Shown here: positions 10,720 to 21,712 of the stretch, in pieces
Layout of the letters: every line of letters starts with the position of its first letter
Numbering within the stretch: position 1 is the first letter of the stretch
DNA from: Narcine bancroftii
Lineage: Eukaryota
Direction of reading: 5' to 3'
DNA: 64,000 bases
Assembly (NCBI RefSeq): GCF_036971445.1
Contig: NC_091477.1
Coordinates: forward strand, 4,898,001-4,962,000
Program-made: the position numbers and the translations under genes
Notes under the pieces: generated by a model
Seen by the model: the letters and a program-made list of their open reading frames with translations, nothing else
Told to the model about the DNA's origin: nothing
Database searches by the model: none

Positions 10720-11810
10720 GAATTCTGGACAAGTTTTTATCCTTTGTTCCTGGATCTTTGTGTTGGGTCATGGTCGTTACATATTTTCTTAAGAGTAAAA
10801 ACATTCAACTATCTTTGGAAAAATCACAGAAGGTTTAGGTCTAACCGTGTAGCAACTACTGCGCTGTAGCTTTCGACTTGTTCCTGATCCACGAATACAG
10901 CATTTTGATATCAATCTGATGAATGATTTGTAAATAAAATGATTGACTGGGAAGAACTCCACGCCTAAAGCATGATCTGTTTGCTGCGTTTAGACTTCAA
11001 TTGCAAAACCAGTGGAATAATGTCAGGTGCTCAAATAGCGATATTGAATATAAGCTACAATACCCCTACATTTACACTTAGTACAAAACTTTATATCGAA
11101 TAGAAAGACGATACAATATACTGAAAGTTTGCTGCAGCATATATGATCATGGTTAATTTCAAGAACCATGAGATATACTGGTTATTAAGAACAAAACATG
11201 TATTGTGCATATTTCAGGCATTAATTACGATGCCTTGAGATTCAAAATGAATTCATGCCCGTTTCATGTCATGGAAAAAGATCGTCCCATTTCCATTGGT
11301 AGAGTTACAGCCACAGATTCAGACATAAAAATAAACGACCAAATACGTTGCATCATTCCAGAGAGCGAGGTAAAGGGCGCCCATTAATTCCGAATCCCGT
11401 GTTATCTATTCGAATTGCGCATTTACTGATGTCCTTTTGGACGATTTCAACACAAAATTCAAGCAAGAGATAGTGGAGTTCCTTGACTTCCCAGGAATAT
11501 CGCGAATATCGTTATCCTTGAACAGAACAATAATCCTCCTGTAATTAAAACTCCCGAGTAATTGAAACACAGTATGGCAGTTTTTCTATTTGCAAGCCCA
11601 GGATACCAGCTCTCAAGATCATTGTTTCTAATGTGGACTCTGGTCAGAACGCACGCCTTTTTTTTAAATCAGAGCCCCAATGCAATCAATTCTGGCCTGT
11701 TTACAATCTCCTAAAATTCAGAAATTCGAATAACTCAATATTTAGAGAAAACGATGGAATTATACAAAAGATTATCTTACATTTGAGACACAATGGCTAT
11801 CTAATGTGAG
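10720..11810 (+). pseudogene. Protocadherin variable-exon pseudogene with stops, frameshifts and an EC2-EC4 deletion
   Basis: Fragments GHGRYIFS*E*KHSTIFGKITEGLGL (~GQIRYSIPEELKHG..G.IAKDLGL), FVNKMIDWEEL, ILNISYNTPTF, ISGINYDALRF..SIGRVTATDSD, QARDSGVP, ILEQNNNPPVI, VDSGQNARL, NGY; may extend further 3'. Confidence 0.85.
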
Positions 11811-13859
11811 ATCTCAGCATCTTTCGTGGAATAGCCCTGCCTTAATAATCAATTCATTGATAACCAGATTCACTCCACTATCAGTTGCCAGGTGTGCTAA
11901 TTGTAAATTATACAGCCTGCCGTTTACGACAGCATATCTCTGCCGCTAAAATGATTAAAGGTACAATAAACAACCGAATCCCTATTCCAATCCAAGTCAA
12001 ACGCTGAATGTATCATCTGGAATCTTTTGCTGGCTTTTCACACACACAAAAAATAACCATTGCACAATTTCGTGGAAGCATTCGCAGTCACTGGATCTAA
12101 ATGCTGAAATCCCCTTCATAATATAACGTTGGAGTCCCTTCATGAGAATGTCTGCTATGATACAGAAGGTATTTTAACATGAGCAATCGATGTTTTTGCA
12201 AAACGTTTTTTTTCTCGAGATGGAGAACATGAGAAGAGTAAAAGATTATCCAAAAATTTGATGTGGGTAAAGAGGGGTTTTCAATATTATGTCGAAAACC
12301 GAAAGAGAAATTCATAATCTCTGTTCTGATGGATATTAAATTGGAAATGATCCGAGTGGAGAGACATTGAGATTGCAGTTGCTGGAAACAAACTACGGAT
12401 TAAGTCTCATTTGTGGATGCAGGGAATGAATTGTTGAATGCATTTCAGTTCCTGATGCAGGGCCCGGACCCGACCCTTTCACCCGACCCCCNNNNNNNNN
12501 NNNNNNNNNNNNNNNNNNNNNNNNNNNNNNNNNNNNNNNNNNNNNNNNNNNNNNNNNNNNNNNNNNNNNNNNNNNNNNNNNNNNNNNNNNNNNNNNNNNN
12601 NNNNNNNNNNNNNNNNNNNNNNNNNNNNCGTTCACCAAAAGTTGTTTTGGATTTCTGGGTTGAATGTTTTGACTTCTTTGACTCTCATCATTTTGTCACT
12701 GTCTTGCTTAAGTAGGTTATTTCATTATTTGAGGAGCTTGCATGAGGAAGGCAAATTGCTTACGCATCCTCGCTGCGTACCATTCAAAAAAATGGATGGT
12801 ATGTATGATAGAAAAGAAAACATTATGTGGGAAGTGCCTCGGAAAACGTAACGGAACTGAAAAGCAACAAAGAACACCTGTTAATCATCCGAAATAAAAC
12901 GAAACCGTCTTCAGAGAGGACAGGCAACATCTGATTGGGAAAATACAGCTACGTTAAAATAGGAAGAAATATGTTGAGTGCAATTATGGAAGAAGCAATC
13001 CTTTTTTCATAAAAACTATATTTCTATATTTCCGTTTCAAACAAACTGTAAATATTTGAAGGTTATTTAATATTTCTTCATCCTCGTGGCGGAGAAGAGA
13101 TCCATTTGATCATTCCAGTCTTCACTGGTTAATAACTTGCTCACTTATTTCATACCCCCGTTAGCACCACCTTTCTGACTATTCTCCATCCAAAAACAAG
13201 AGGAGCATGTTCAGCAGCTCATTAACCTGCACGTCTTAGGATATAGAAAGATAAACCAGAGCACAGTAGTTTTAGTTTATGCCCGAATGCTTCTTTTCTG
13301 ATAACCATGTGTGAAATTCTCTTTGCAGAAATCATGTGAGAACATTGTTTATAATATAACCATATCAGTAAAATAATTGATATTTCTCTCAATACCTTGA
13401 AGAACATTGTGTGTCTGTTGCATTATGTATACAGAATGCCACTTTACTAAATAAACAATAATACATTTCCTCTACTTTACCTTGAAGCTTGTTACTAGTG
13501 CACCTTAGTGAACTGGTTTCTTTTCATATTTCATCAATAGGAAACAAAATTTCATCAAAGCTGTAAAATAATAGATTTGAGAGTTTGTTGCTGATGTTGG
13601 GGAATTTCAAGTCCGTCGAAATGGTATCGAATCTAAATCTAATCATATGAATCATCGAAAAACAAAACTGACGCACAAACCGGGAGTAGTAGCATCTTAA
13701 ACCTTTGAAACTGTTCTTAAACAAACTGTTCGCTTCCAAGTAGAAGGTTAGTCAAGTTTGGACTGCAGAGAAATGTATCAAACCCATGGCGTCATTGGCG
13801 TCTACACCCCCCCCCCCCCCACCCACGACCCCCGAAAGTTAGCGCCGTGACCGAAATAA

Positions 13860-14830
13860 AAGCTGCTCGTGCACATGCTCATGCCTCTCCACTATCCACT
13901 ATGCGGGGCTCCAGACAGTCGTTCAAAGAGAAGCAACACTTCACCTGCGAATCTTTGGGAGTTATGGAAAGCTGCTTGTGTGACCTTCTCTACACCGGGA
14001 TACGAGATACAGGTCGGTGCATCCCTTGATTGAGCGCCTTGACAATGTCCACTGCAAAGGCAAGTGACTCACAGTCGCCAGCCACCTCAATTCCACACCA
14101 TAATGCTGCAGTGACATGTCCGTAGCCTCATGTAGCTTTGAGTTGAGGCCATGCGTAAAATGAACAAATTTGACGGCACAGTTGGTGTTAACGCTATGCC
14201 TTTACAGCGCCAGCGATCGGGACCAGATAAGCATTCTAATACCGTTTTGCCTGTAAGACGTTTGTACGATTCCCCGTGTCTGCGTGGGTTTTCCATAGGG
14301 CTGCAGTTTCTTCTCACCATTCAAAACGTATCGGGAGTGCAGGTTAATAGAGTGCAAATTGGGCGGCACGGGCTCATGGGTCGAAATGGCAACATTCCAT
14401 GCTGTATATATGTCTAAATTTAAATACAAAAAATAAAAATCTTGTCAGTCTTCAATCGGCATCAATATCGTTCTCTTCAACTTCCGGTAAACACCCCGCC
14501 CCGTTCCCTTGCTTTCCTTTATCCTTCTGCATTCTTTCCTCCCTTCCCACTCTCTCTTGCCCATTACTCACACCTTCCTTCCTGGAGCTCCGCATCTTTT
14601 ACCTTCCTTTCTTCTATCAGAGCATATTTGTCAGTCCTCTGCCCCTTCCCATCACCTCCATTCTCTTCCACCTCCAAACACTATTTACCCATCACAGCTT
14701 CTTCTTCGTAGGTTGCTTTATTTTTGGCATTAATGATGAAGCATCCTTTTCCAATACTTTTACTGGTTGTTGTTGTACATGGATGCTGCGTGATCTGTTA
14801 TGTGTTCCATCACTTCTGTATATTCTTCGA
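13860..14830 (+). mobile_element. Penelope-like element 3' relic (GIY-YIG remnant plus pseudo-LTR), interrupted by a SINE
   Basis: KQHFTCESLGV..CDLLYTG resembles the PLE GIY-YIG region; resumes at ~14445, then a pyrimidine-rich tract and a TGATGAAG/GGATGCTGC pLTR relic. Confidence 0.6.
14174..14440 (+). mobile_element. tRNA-derived V-SINE/HE1-like SINE
   Basis: GGCACAGTTGG..CAGCGCCAGCGA head; central TTTGTACG..CCCCGTGTCTGCGTGGGTTT V-domain-like core; A-rich tail. Confidence 0.65.
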
Positions 14831-15371
14831 CGTATAAAGAAGAAAATACGTGTTTCTTATTTTACACGATGCAAAATTCAACAAAGCCGAGTATCATCAA
14901 AAAGGTTACATCATACGATTGAATGTCCAACCAAACTAAAATGTAAAACAGAACATATTTCTACCATAAAATTAACCTACTCCAATTTCAAAACAAATGA
15001 AAGGTTAAAATACGTCAAAGTGCAGAATATAAACCGTTTGTTTCACTTATTATTTGAAGAAACATATATTAGAAATCTAAACGCGAAGCAAGATGTAAAA
15101 TGCCTCATTATGTTTATCTTTGCTCTATAACGTACGTTGCTTGACCTGCTGGGAGACTCCAACAATGTGTTTTTAAACAACTTTAATTATTCAACGAAAT
15201 TTTCCATAACACACAATATAAGATGAAGAAAATCTTATCCCTTTCGTAATGGTAAATGAAGACGAATTCACGAATGAATTTTACCAGTCACACTTCAAAC
15301 TGCCTGGACAATTTCTGGATAAAACGATTTCATATTAAAGTTTCAGCTGGAGTTCAGATTTATTTACATTT

Positions 15372-15500
15372 TCACTGTAGTTATAGGCTGAGACTCTTTG
15401 TGTCGCTGTCTACCAATAAGGAGGTGAAATGCAGCTTGTGATCCACCACCCATCCCCCAATACTAGGGGAAGGAAGCAGAATAATGGCGGTGTGTGAGCG
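15372..15500 (+). promoter_or_regulatory. Pcdh promoter: CSE (GACTCTTTGTGTCGCTGTCTACCAAT from 15392), CCACCACCCATCCCCCAAT block, AATGGCGG (YY1-like)
   Basis: Near-identical block upstream of each intact paralog; contains the CGCT core known from clustered Pcdh promoters. Confidence 0.9.
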
Positions 15501-15639
15501 AACGCACAAAATCATCTCGCCAGATGAAATTAATTTTTCTGCTTACTTCCTTCATTGACTGTCTTATTTCAGATATGATCCAAAATAATATCAAGCATAA
15601 CAACTTTAGATGTTTGATATAATGGAATCTGGAAATGAA

Positions 15640-18087
15640 ATGACAAATGCAAGCATTTTCCGTGTGCTTAAACGGTCAGCCCTATCATCCATCTTGCTCC
15701 TTTGTGCGTGGAAACTGGTTTTCGGGCAGATTCGTTACTCCATTCCTGAAGAATTGGAGCACGGTGCGTTCGTCGGAAAAATCGGAAAAGACTTGGGCTT
15801 CAGCATAGAAGAGCTATCAAGCCGTAAATTCAGATTAATATCAGAAGCTTCAAAACAATATTTGGATGTAAATCGCTTGAATGGGATCTTATTTGTAAAT
15901 GCAAGAATCAACAGGGAACAGCTATGCGGCCAGAGTGATACCTGTGTGCTGCTCATGGAGGCGGTCGCTGAAAACCCAGTGGAGCAGTACCGTATAGAAA
16001 TTGTTATTTTGGATATAAATGATAATTCTCCAAGTTTTTCAAACAAAGAAATTCGTTTAGAGATTACAGAATCCACCATGCCTGGGGCTCGTTTTCTTTT
16101 AGAGCGTGCCCACGACCCAGATGGGGTAAACAATTCGATTCGAACATATCAGCTCACGCCAAATGAACATTTTACTTTAGACGTACTAAGTCGAGGAAAT
16201 TGGATATCACCCGAATTAATTGTAAACAACTTTCTTGACCGGGAAATACAAACGAAGCACCTTTTGTTGTTAACAGCTCTAGACGGCGGGACTCCTCAAA
16301 GATCAGGTACAATTCATATATCTATTATTATCTTGGACGCAAATGATAATCCACCTGTCTTCGACAAATCGTTGTACGTTGTTAACGTAAAGGAAAACGT
16401 GCCACTGAATACTTTATTGATCAAGTTAAACGCAACTGATATGGACGAGGGACAGAATGCAGAGATAGTTTATTCCTTCGGCAGTTACAATGAACCAAGA
16501 ATTAATGAAATATTTATGATTGATCCCACATCCGGAGAAATCAATCTCAAGGCAAGTTTGGATTTTGAGGAAGCAAATGTGTTTGATATTGATGTTCAAG
16601 CTAAAGATGGAAACTTGCAGCCGTTATTTGCGCACTGCAGCGTGCGTGTGCAGATCACAGATATCAATGACAATGCTCCAGATTTAGCTGTAAATTCTAT
16701 TGCTGATACGGTCCCTGAAGATACTCCGAAAGGAACTTTAATCGCGTTGATTAGTGTGACTGATTTGGATTCCAATAGCAATGGATTGATCGACTGTTCC
16801 ATCTCACATGATCTCCCCTTTGACCTGATAACTTCCTTTCAAAATTCTTACAGACTCGTCACGAATTCAATATTGGATCGAGAGAGTATTGTACAGCATA
16901 ATATAAATATAATTTGCAATGATCGTGGAATCCCACCATTATCTTCCAGCCGGAGAATTGTGGTCAATATCTCAGATATAAATGATAATATGCCACGCTT
17001 TACGCAGCCTTCGTTTATGGCCTATGTACCGGAAAACAATGACGTGGACAGTTCCATCGGGTCTGTGACGGCTTTGGATTTGGATATTGGCCGAAATTCA
17101 AAGTTGTCCTACAGTATTCTGGAAAACCACATTCAGCCAGTTCCGGCATTATCCCTTGTCTATATTAACTCAAACGATGGCAGCATCTACTCGAAAAGAT
17201 CGTTCGATTATGAGCAACTTAAAAGTTTTCAGTTTCACGTCCGAGCTCAGGATGCCGGATTACCATCACTTTCCAGCGATGTTCCTGTGCAGGTCATTGT
17301 CTTGGATCAAAACGACAATCCACCGGCAATAATATATTCCAAGAGAAACACCAATATTCGTGTTCCACGATCTGCCGATCCAGGATATTTGGTAACAAAG
17401 ATAGTTGCTTCCGATGCCGATTCTGGTAAGAATGCGCAACTTTTCTATCAACTAAATCATGCCAGTGTTCCAGGAATTTTTAAAATTTCACGGAGTTCAG
17501 GAGAAGTAAGGAGTGTTCGGCGTTTGAAGGATAGCGATGCGATCACACACAGACTAATTATCCAGGTGAAAGACAATGGATCCCCCGCTCTTTCTGTCAC
17601 GACTACCTTAACTTTGACAGTAATTAAGGAAGACACACCCTATCAACCAGATTTTAGCGAACCACACCAGGATTTAAAAGACACGCAAGAATTCAGTTTA
17701 TATCTAATTATTTCATTGGCGGTAACATCTCTTATTCTGCTAGTCATTATCATTGTCTTGGTGGTTGCAATTTGCCCAACAAGCAGCCCTGCTGTTTCAG
17801 GCGGCCTGTGTTCTTTTGCTCATTGCTGCTGCACCAAAGATTTGGAATATCAAAGTTCGATTGCTCAACAGCAACATAAGCCCGATCTCCACATCTTCCC
17901 AAGTGTGCTCCAAGTTCACGGCAATGGGTCCCTTTCAGACACATACCGTTATAAAATTCGGTCAGCACCCGAATCGGCTGCAATGTTTTTCACCGCATTA
18001 AGTCCACAGATGGGAAGGAGTTCAGGAATAGAAACCAGATATGAGCCACAGGACGAACCTGGGACGAGGAATATCTCATCAGACATG
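15640..18087 (+). CDS. Clustered protocadherin variable exon 2
   Basis: Six EC repeats, TM, Cys-rich juxtamembrane segment; phase-0 donor ATG/GTGAGT at 18088 (unspliced ORF 15610-18186; start could be 15610 or 15622). Confidence 0.95.
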
Positions 18088-18634
18088 GTGAGTAATGTCA
18101 GCAAGACCTACGACAGCAATGTTAAAATGTCTCAAAGGCAGACATGTTGTTTTGTACATTCGCCATTTGTTACTTTATCTATGTAGCATTTGAGATTCCT
18201 AAACTAATCGATCTGATTATCGTATTTTATGTAAATGTTCCATTCACTGACAGGCAATTAAAGGGGTAAGAAAAAAATATAGATTCTTCAAAACAGATAC
18301 TGCAGGTAAGTGTACCTCTCAGGTGTGCGCCTTCAGTCCCAGGGAGAGTGATTTCGGCGATGAATATTGGAGACGATCTTGGTAATAAAACATTAGACAT
18401 TGCTGAATACATTAATTAACGTATAAAACAAAAACCAGAATCTGATGTGCACGAAGAATATTTGCAACTTTTGCAGTATTTTTCATGACGGTGTAATCAT
18501 TTTGATTTGCTGTGGTTTTTCACTTCTTTAGAAACATTTTGGAACAGACTGAATGGAATTTCATCCGTTCCCAGTCACTCATAGATTCCCAAATCACCAA
18601 ACTACTATAAACAAGGAATGTGTGTTCTTAATAA

Positions 18635-18840
18635 AAACATGGAGATACTGGAGCAACTCAGCCGGTCTCGCAGCGTCCTTGGGAGGTAAAGATATATCGA
18701 CGTTTCAGGCCTGAGCCCTTCCTCAAGGTATGAAAAATTGAGGAAGGGCTCAGGCCAGAAACGTCACTAATATAGCTTTACCTCCTATGTCTGTCTTTTT
18801 ACTCCAATCACAAGGTCTGCAGGCGTTTGTATTTCACTCG
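18635..18840. mobile_element. Palindromic Penelope pseudo-LTR-derived element with hammerhead-like cores
   Basis: Inverted arms 18682-18726 and 18738-18785; each contains TTGAGGAAGGGCTCAGGCC(T/A)GAAACGTC. Confidence 0.65.
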
Positions 18841-20488
18841 AGATGTTCTTAAGTTGGCAAAATTGGTTGAAAGAAGATAAAATGAATCATTATGGTGTAG
18901 CTGGGGAAAAACGGATATGCATTGTGTATATAAATCACTTTCAAATAAAAGCATCAAATATCATATATTGTCGAACATAAAGTTAGTATCAAAGCTTTAA
19001 TTAATGGCGATAAACGTCGAATCATTGCATCTTTTTTCGTTGAATGTTTAAATAACACATTTGAAAAAAAAAAGCGGTTGATATTTTTACATACAGAGAT
19101 TTGCGTTTGCCATACTAATTGATAACCCATTTCAACGATCAAATAATCACAAATATTGGTATTTTAATATAACCTGGGCATGGCGTTTATTGCCTATCGC
19201 TTAATGGCTCTCGAAAAAAGACAGTCGTCCGCGTTTGTGAAAGTGCCGTCGCTGCACTACTGTTGGGAATTTCTGGATACTTATTTAACAAATAAATAGA
19301 TATAAATCAGAATTACTAGTTCATCAGTGGAAATGCCAGTGGTATTTCTCCTTGGATTTGTCCTCGTGCATAAATTTGGGAAATACTCGAAGCCCTTGCG
19401 GATTGATGACGTGCATCTGATCTACGTTTTGGATTATAATTTTGATAGCAAGCATTTGCAAAGAACAAACAACTCGAAGTATAGTCCAGCTGGAGGACAA
19501 TGCCTGTCATATCGTAAATCACTTTCCATTCATAAGTTTAACACTGTGCGCAGTAGAACATGCTCCTAACAAACCTGACCACATCCTCCGCCCTGCTAAA
19601 TATCCACCAGCTCAGCTTCACCACGGACTGCATGGAATCGTCAGCGATGTTTGTGTCCTTTCTCTTCTCTCGTTCCACTGAATTACAAACGATCCAAAGG
19701 TAATCTCCAAACACGTTAATCGCTTGTTCTCGACGAAGACCATCTTTAATATTGTTATGCTTTTGGATCCAAATAATCCTTCACGCAACTAACAGTGCAG
19801 ATGAGTAGTTTGAGTTTCAAATATTTTTTTTTTGCTTCCACCACCCCACTTTTCTCGCCTGAACGATCATTTCTTTTTATGCAGGTATGCCAAACAGGAC
19901 CATCAAATATTGTTATTTGCGGCGGTGCGTAACTATGTTGAAATTCTTCATGGATGTTCAATTAAGTCATTGGATCTCCTATCACTGTGTCGTACGACTG
20001 TTTATTCTCCACACATGTGTTGATTTGATAACTTTCAGACATTTTCCTGAAATGTATTGTCCCTCTGGTTTGGGATTCTTTCAGTGGTGTGAAGATTATG
20101 GGGCAGTTTCTCTGGTCACAATCTGTGTGTTTGGATTTGTTGATACCGATCTTTCCTGTCTGTAACATAACCCATTGCTCCCATCTATTTTTCCGATTTT
20201 GATGAGAGGACATAAATCTGAAATTAAGTAGCTGTTTCTATCTCTGAGTATTTGGAATATTTTCTGCATTCTGTGCAAATGTTCGCTATCAGCAAAACTA
20301 ATTATCCTTTTATCTGCTGACCGAAGTACAAGTTACCCTTCACAACGGACTCCTCGGCTTTTTTTAAGACATTGGATTGCAGTTGTTGATTGGATTACAG
20401 GAAAGTATCTATTTTCGAGCTCAACTAAAATTCTAGCAATGGCAACAAGCTACCTTTTGGCAGCAATTTGACGCATGCATCTTCCATT

Positions 20489-20936
20489 CATAACCATATA
20501 ACCATATAACCACTTACAGCACAGAACAGGCCAGTTCGGCCCTACCAGTCCATGCCGTAACAAATCCCCACCCTCCTAGCCCCACTGACCAGCACCCGGT
20601 CTATACCCCTCCAGTCCTCTCCTCTCCACGTAACTATCCAGTCTTTCCTTAAATGTAACCAACGATCTCGCCTCCACCACGTCTGCCGGAAGCTCAATCC
20701 ACATCCCTACCACCCTTTGCGTAAAGAAATTTCCCCTCATGTTCCCCTTATCATTTTACCCCTTCAATCTTAAACCATGCCCTCTAGTTTGAATCTCCCC
20801 CACTCTTAATTGAAAAAGCCTATCCACATTTACTCTGTCTGTCCCTTTTAAAATCTTAAACACCTCTATCAAGTCCCCCCTCAATCTTCTACTCTCCAGA
20901 GAAAAAAGCCCTAGTCTGCACAACCTTTCCCTGTAA
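20489..20936 (-). mobile_element. CR1-clade LINE 3' end
   Basis: (TAACCATA)n tail; RLGLFSLESRRLRGDLIEVFKILKG..TRGHGLRL; same family as 39680-41288. Confidence 0.85.
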
Positions 20937-21485
20937 CATAAAGCTCCCTTTCTTTTTGAAAATCCATGTGATAAATAGGAGGGATTCACAGATAATTGTT
21001 ACATTACTTTGGCGTGCAATTTAGCACAATCAAGTGTTTTCTCTTCAACTGATCATCTTCTCCAGCATTTTCCCAAACTGAACAGATCGTAAGGCGTCTG
21101 ATATTTCAGTAAAATGGTGAAGTGAGGCAAAAACGTAAAGACATTTTAAGGAAGCTTTCAATCAAAATGTCAACAATAAAGTTAAAATTTAAATAGATGT
21201 TTTTGAACCTCGTTAAAATTGACTATTTTGCAATGAACAATGTACATGGAAATGTAATTTTCATTTTCATCAGAGAAAATGCAAGATCTTCCTTTCCAAA
21301 AATCTCGCAAGGAATGTAAATGATGCCCTCAGATGAGTAGTATTTTATCCTAGACCTTGACCAAGTTACACGTGGGTGTGGTGAGCATAAGAATACCTTA
21401 GAAAACTCGTTAAAGTTCTTTGCTTATCTTTATGAAAATTGGTGCATCTTTAATTTTGTTCAGCTGGAATTCAGCATTAATATTC

Positions 21486-21615
21486 TCAGTGCAGTTATAG
21501 GCCGAGACTCTTTGTGTCGCTGTCTACCAATAAGGTGGTGAAATGCAGATGGTGATCCACCACCCATCCCCCAATCCTCGGGAAAAGAAGCAGAATAATG
21601 GCGGTGCGTGTGCGA
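21486..21615 (+). promoter_or_regulatory. Pcdh promoter with CSE (21506-21531)
   Basis: TCAGTGCAGTTATAGGCCGAGACTCTTTGTGTCGCTGTCTACCAATAAG...CCACCACCCATCCCCCAAT...AATGGCGG. Confidence 0.9.
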
Positions 21616-21712
21616 ACAAAGCGAACCTGCTTTTCAGGCAAATTCCTTTCTCCAAGTTATTTCCTACTTTGAAAAAAATTGCTTTGGTTAGCATTTTACT
21701 CTACTTAGGACA

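Noticed and set aside
14399-15130. 243-aa ORF
   Set aside because: Runs through a SINE tail, pyrimidine-rich Penelope pLTR and AT-rich DNA; low complexity, no domain
16270-16300. Possible exonic CTCF site at the EC2 TAxDGG codons, as in mammalian Pcdh-alpha
   Set aside because: Only partial GA(C/T)GG(C/T)GG matches that vary among paralogs and are explained by the peptide; needs PWM or ChIP evidence
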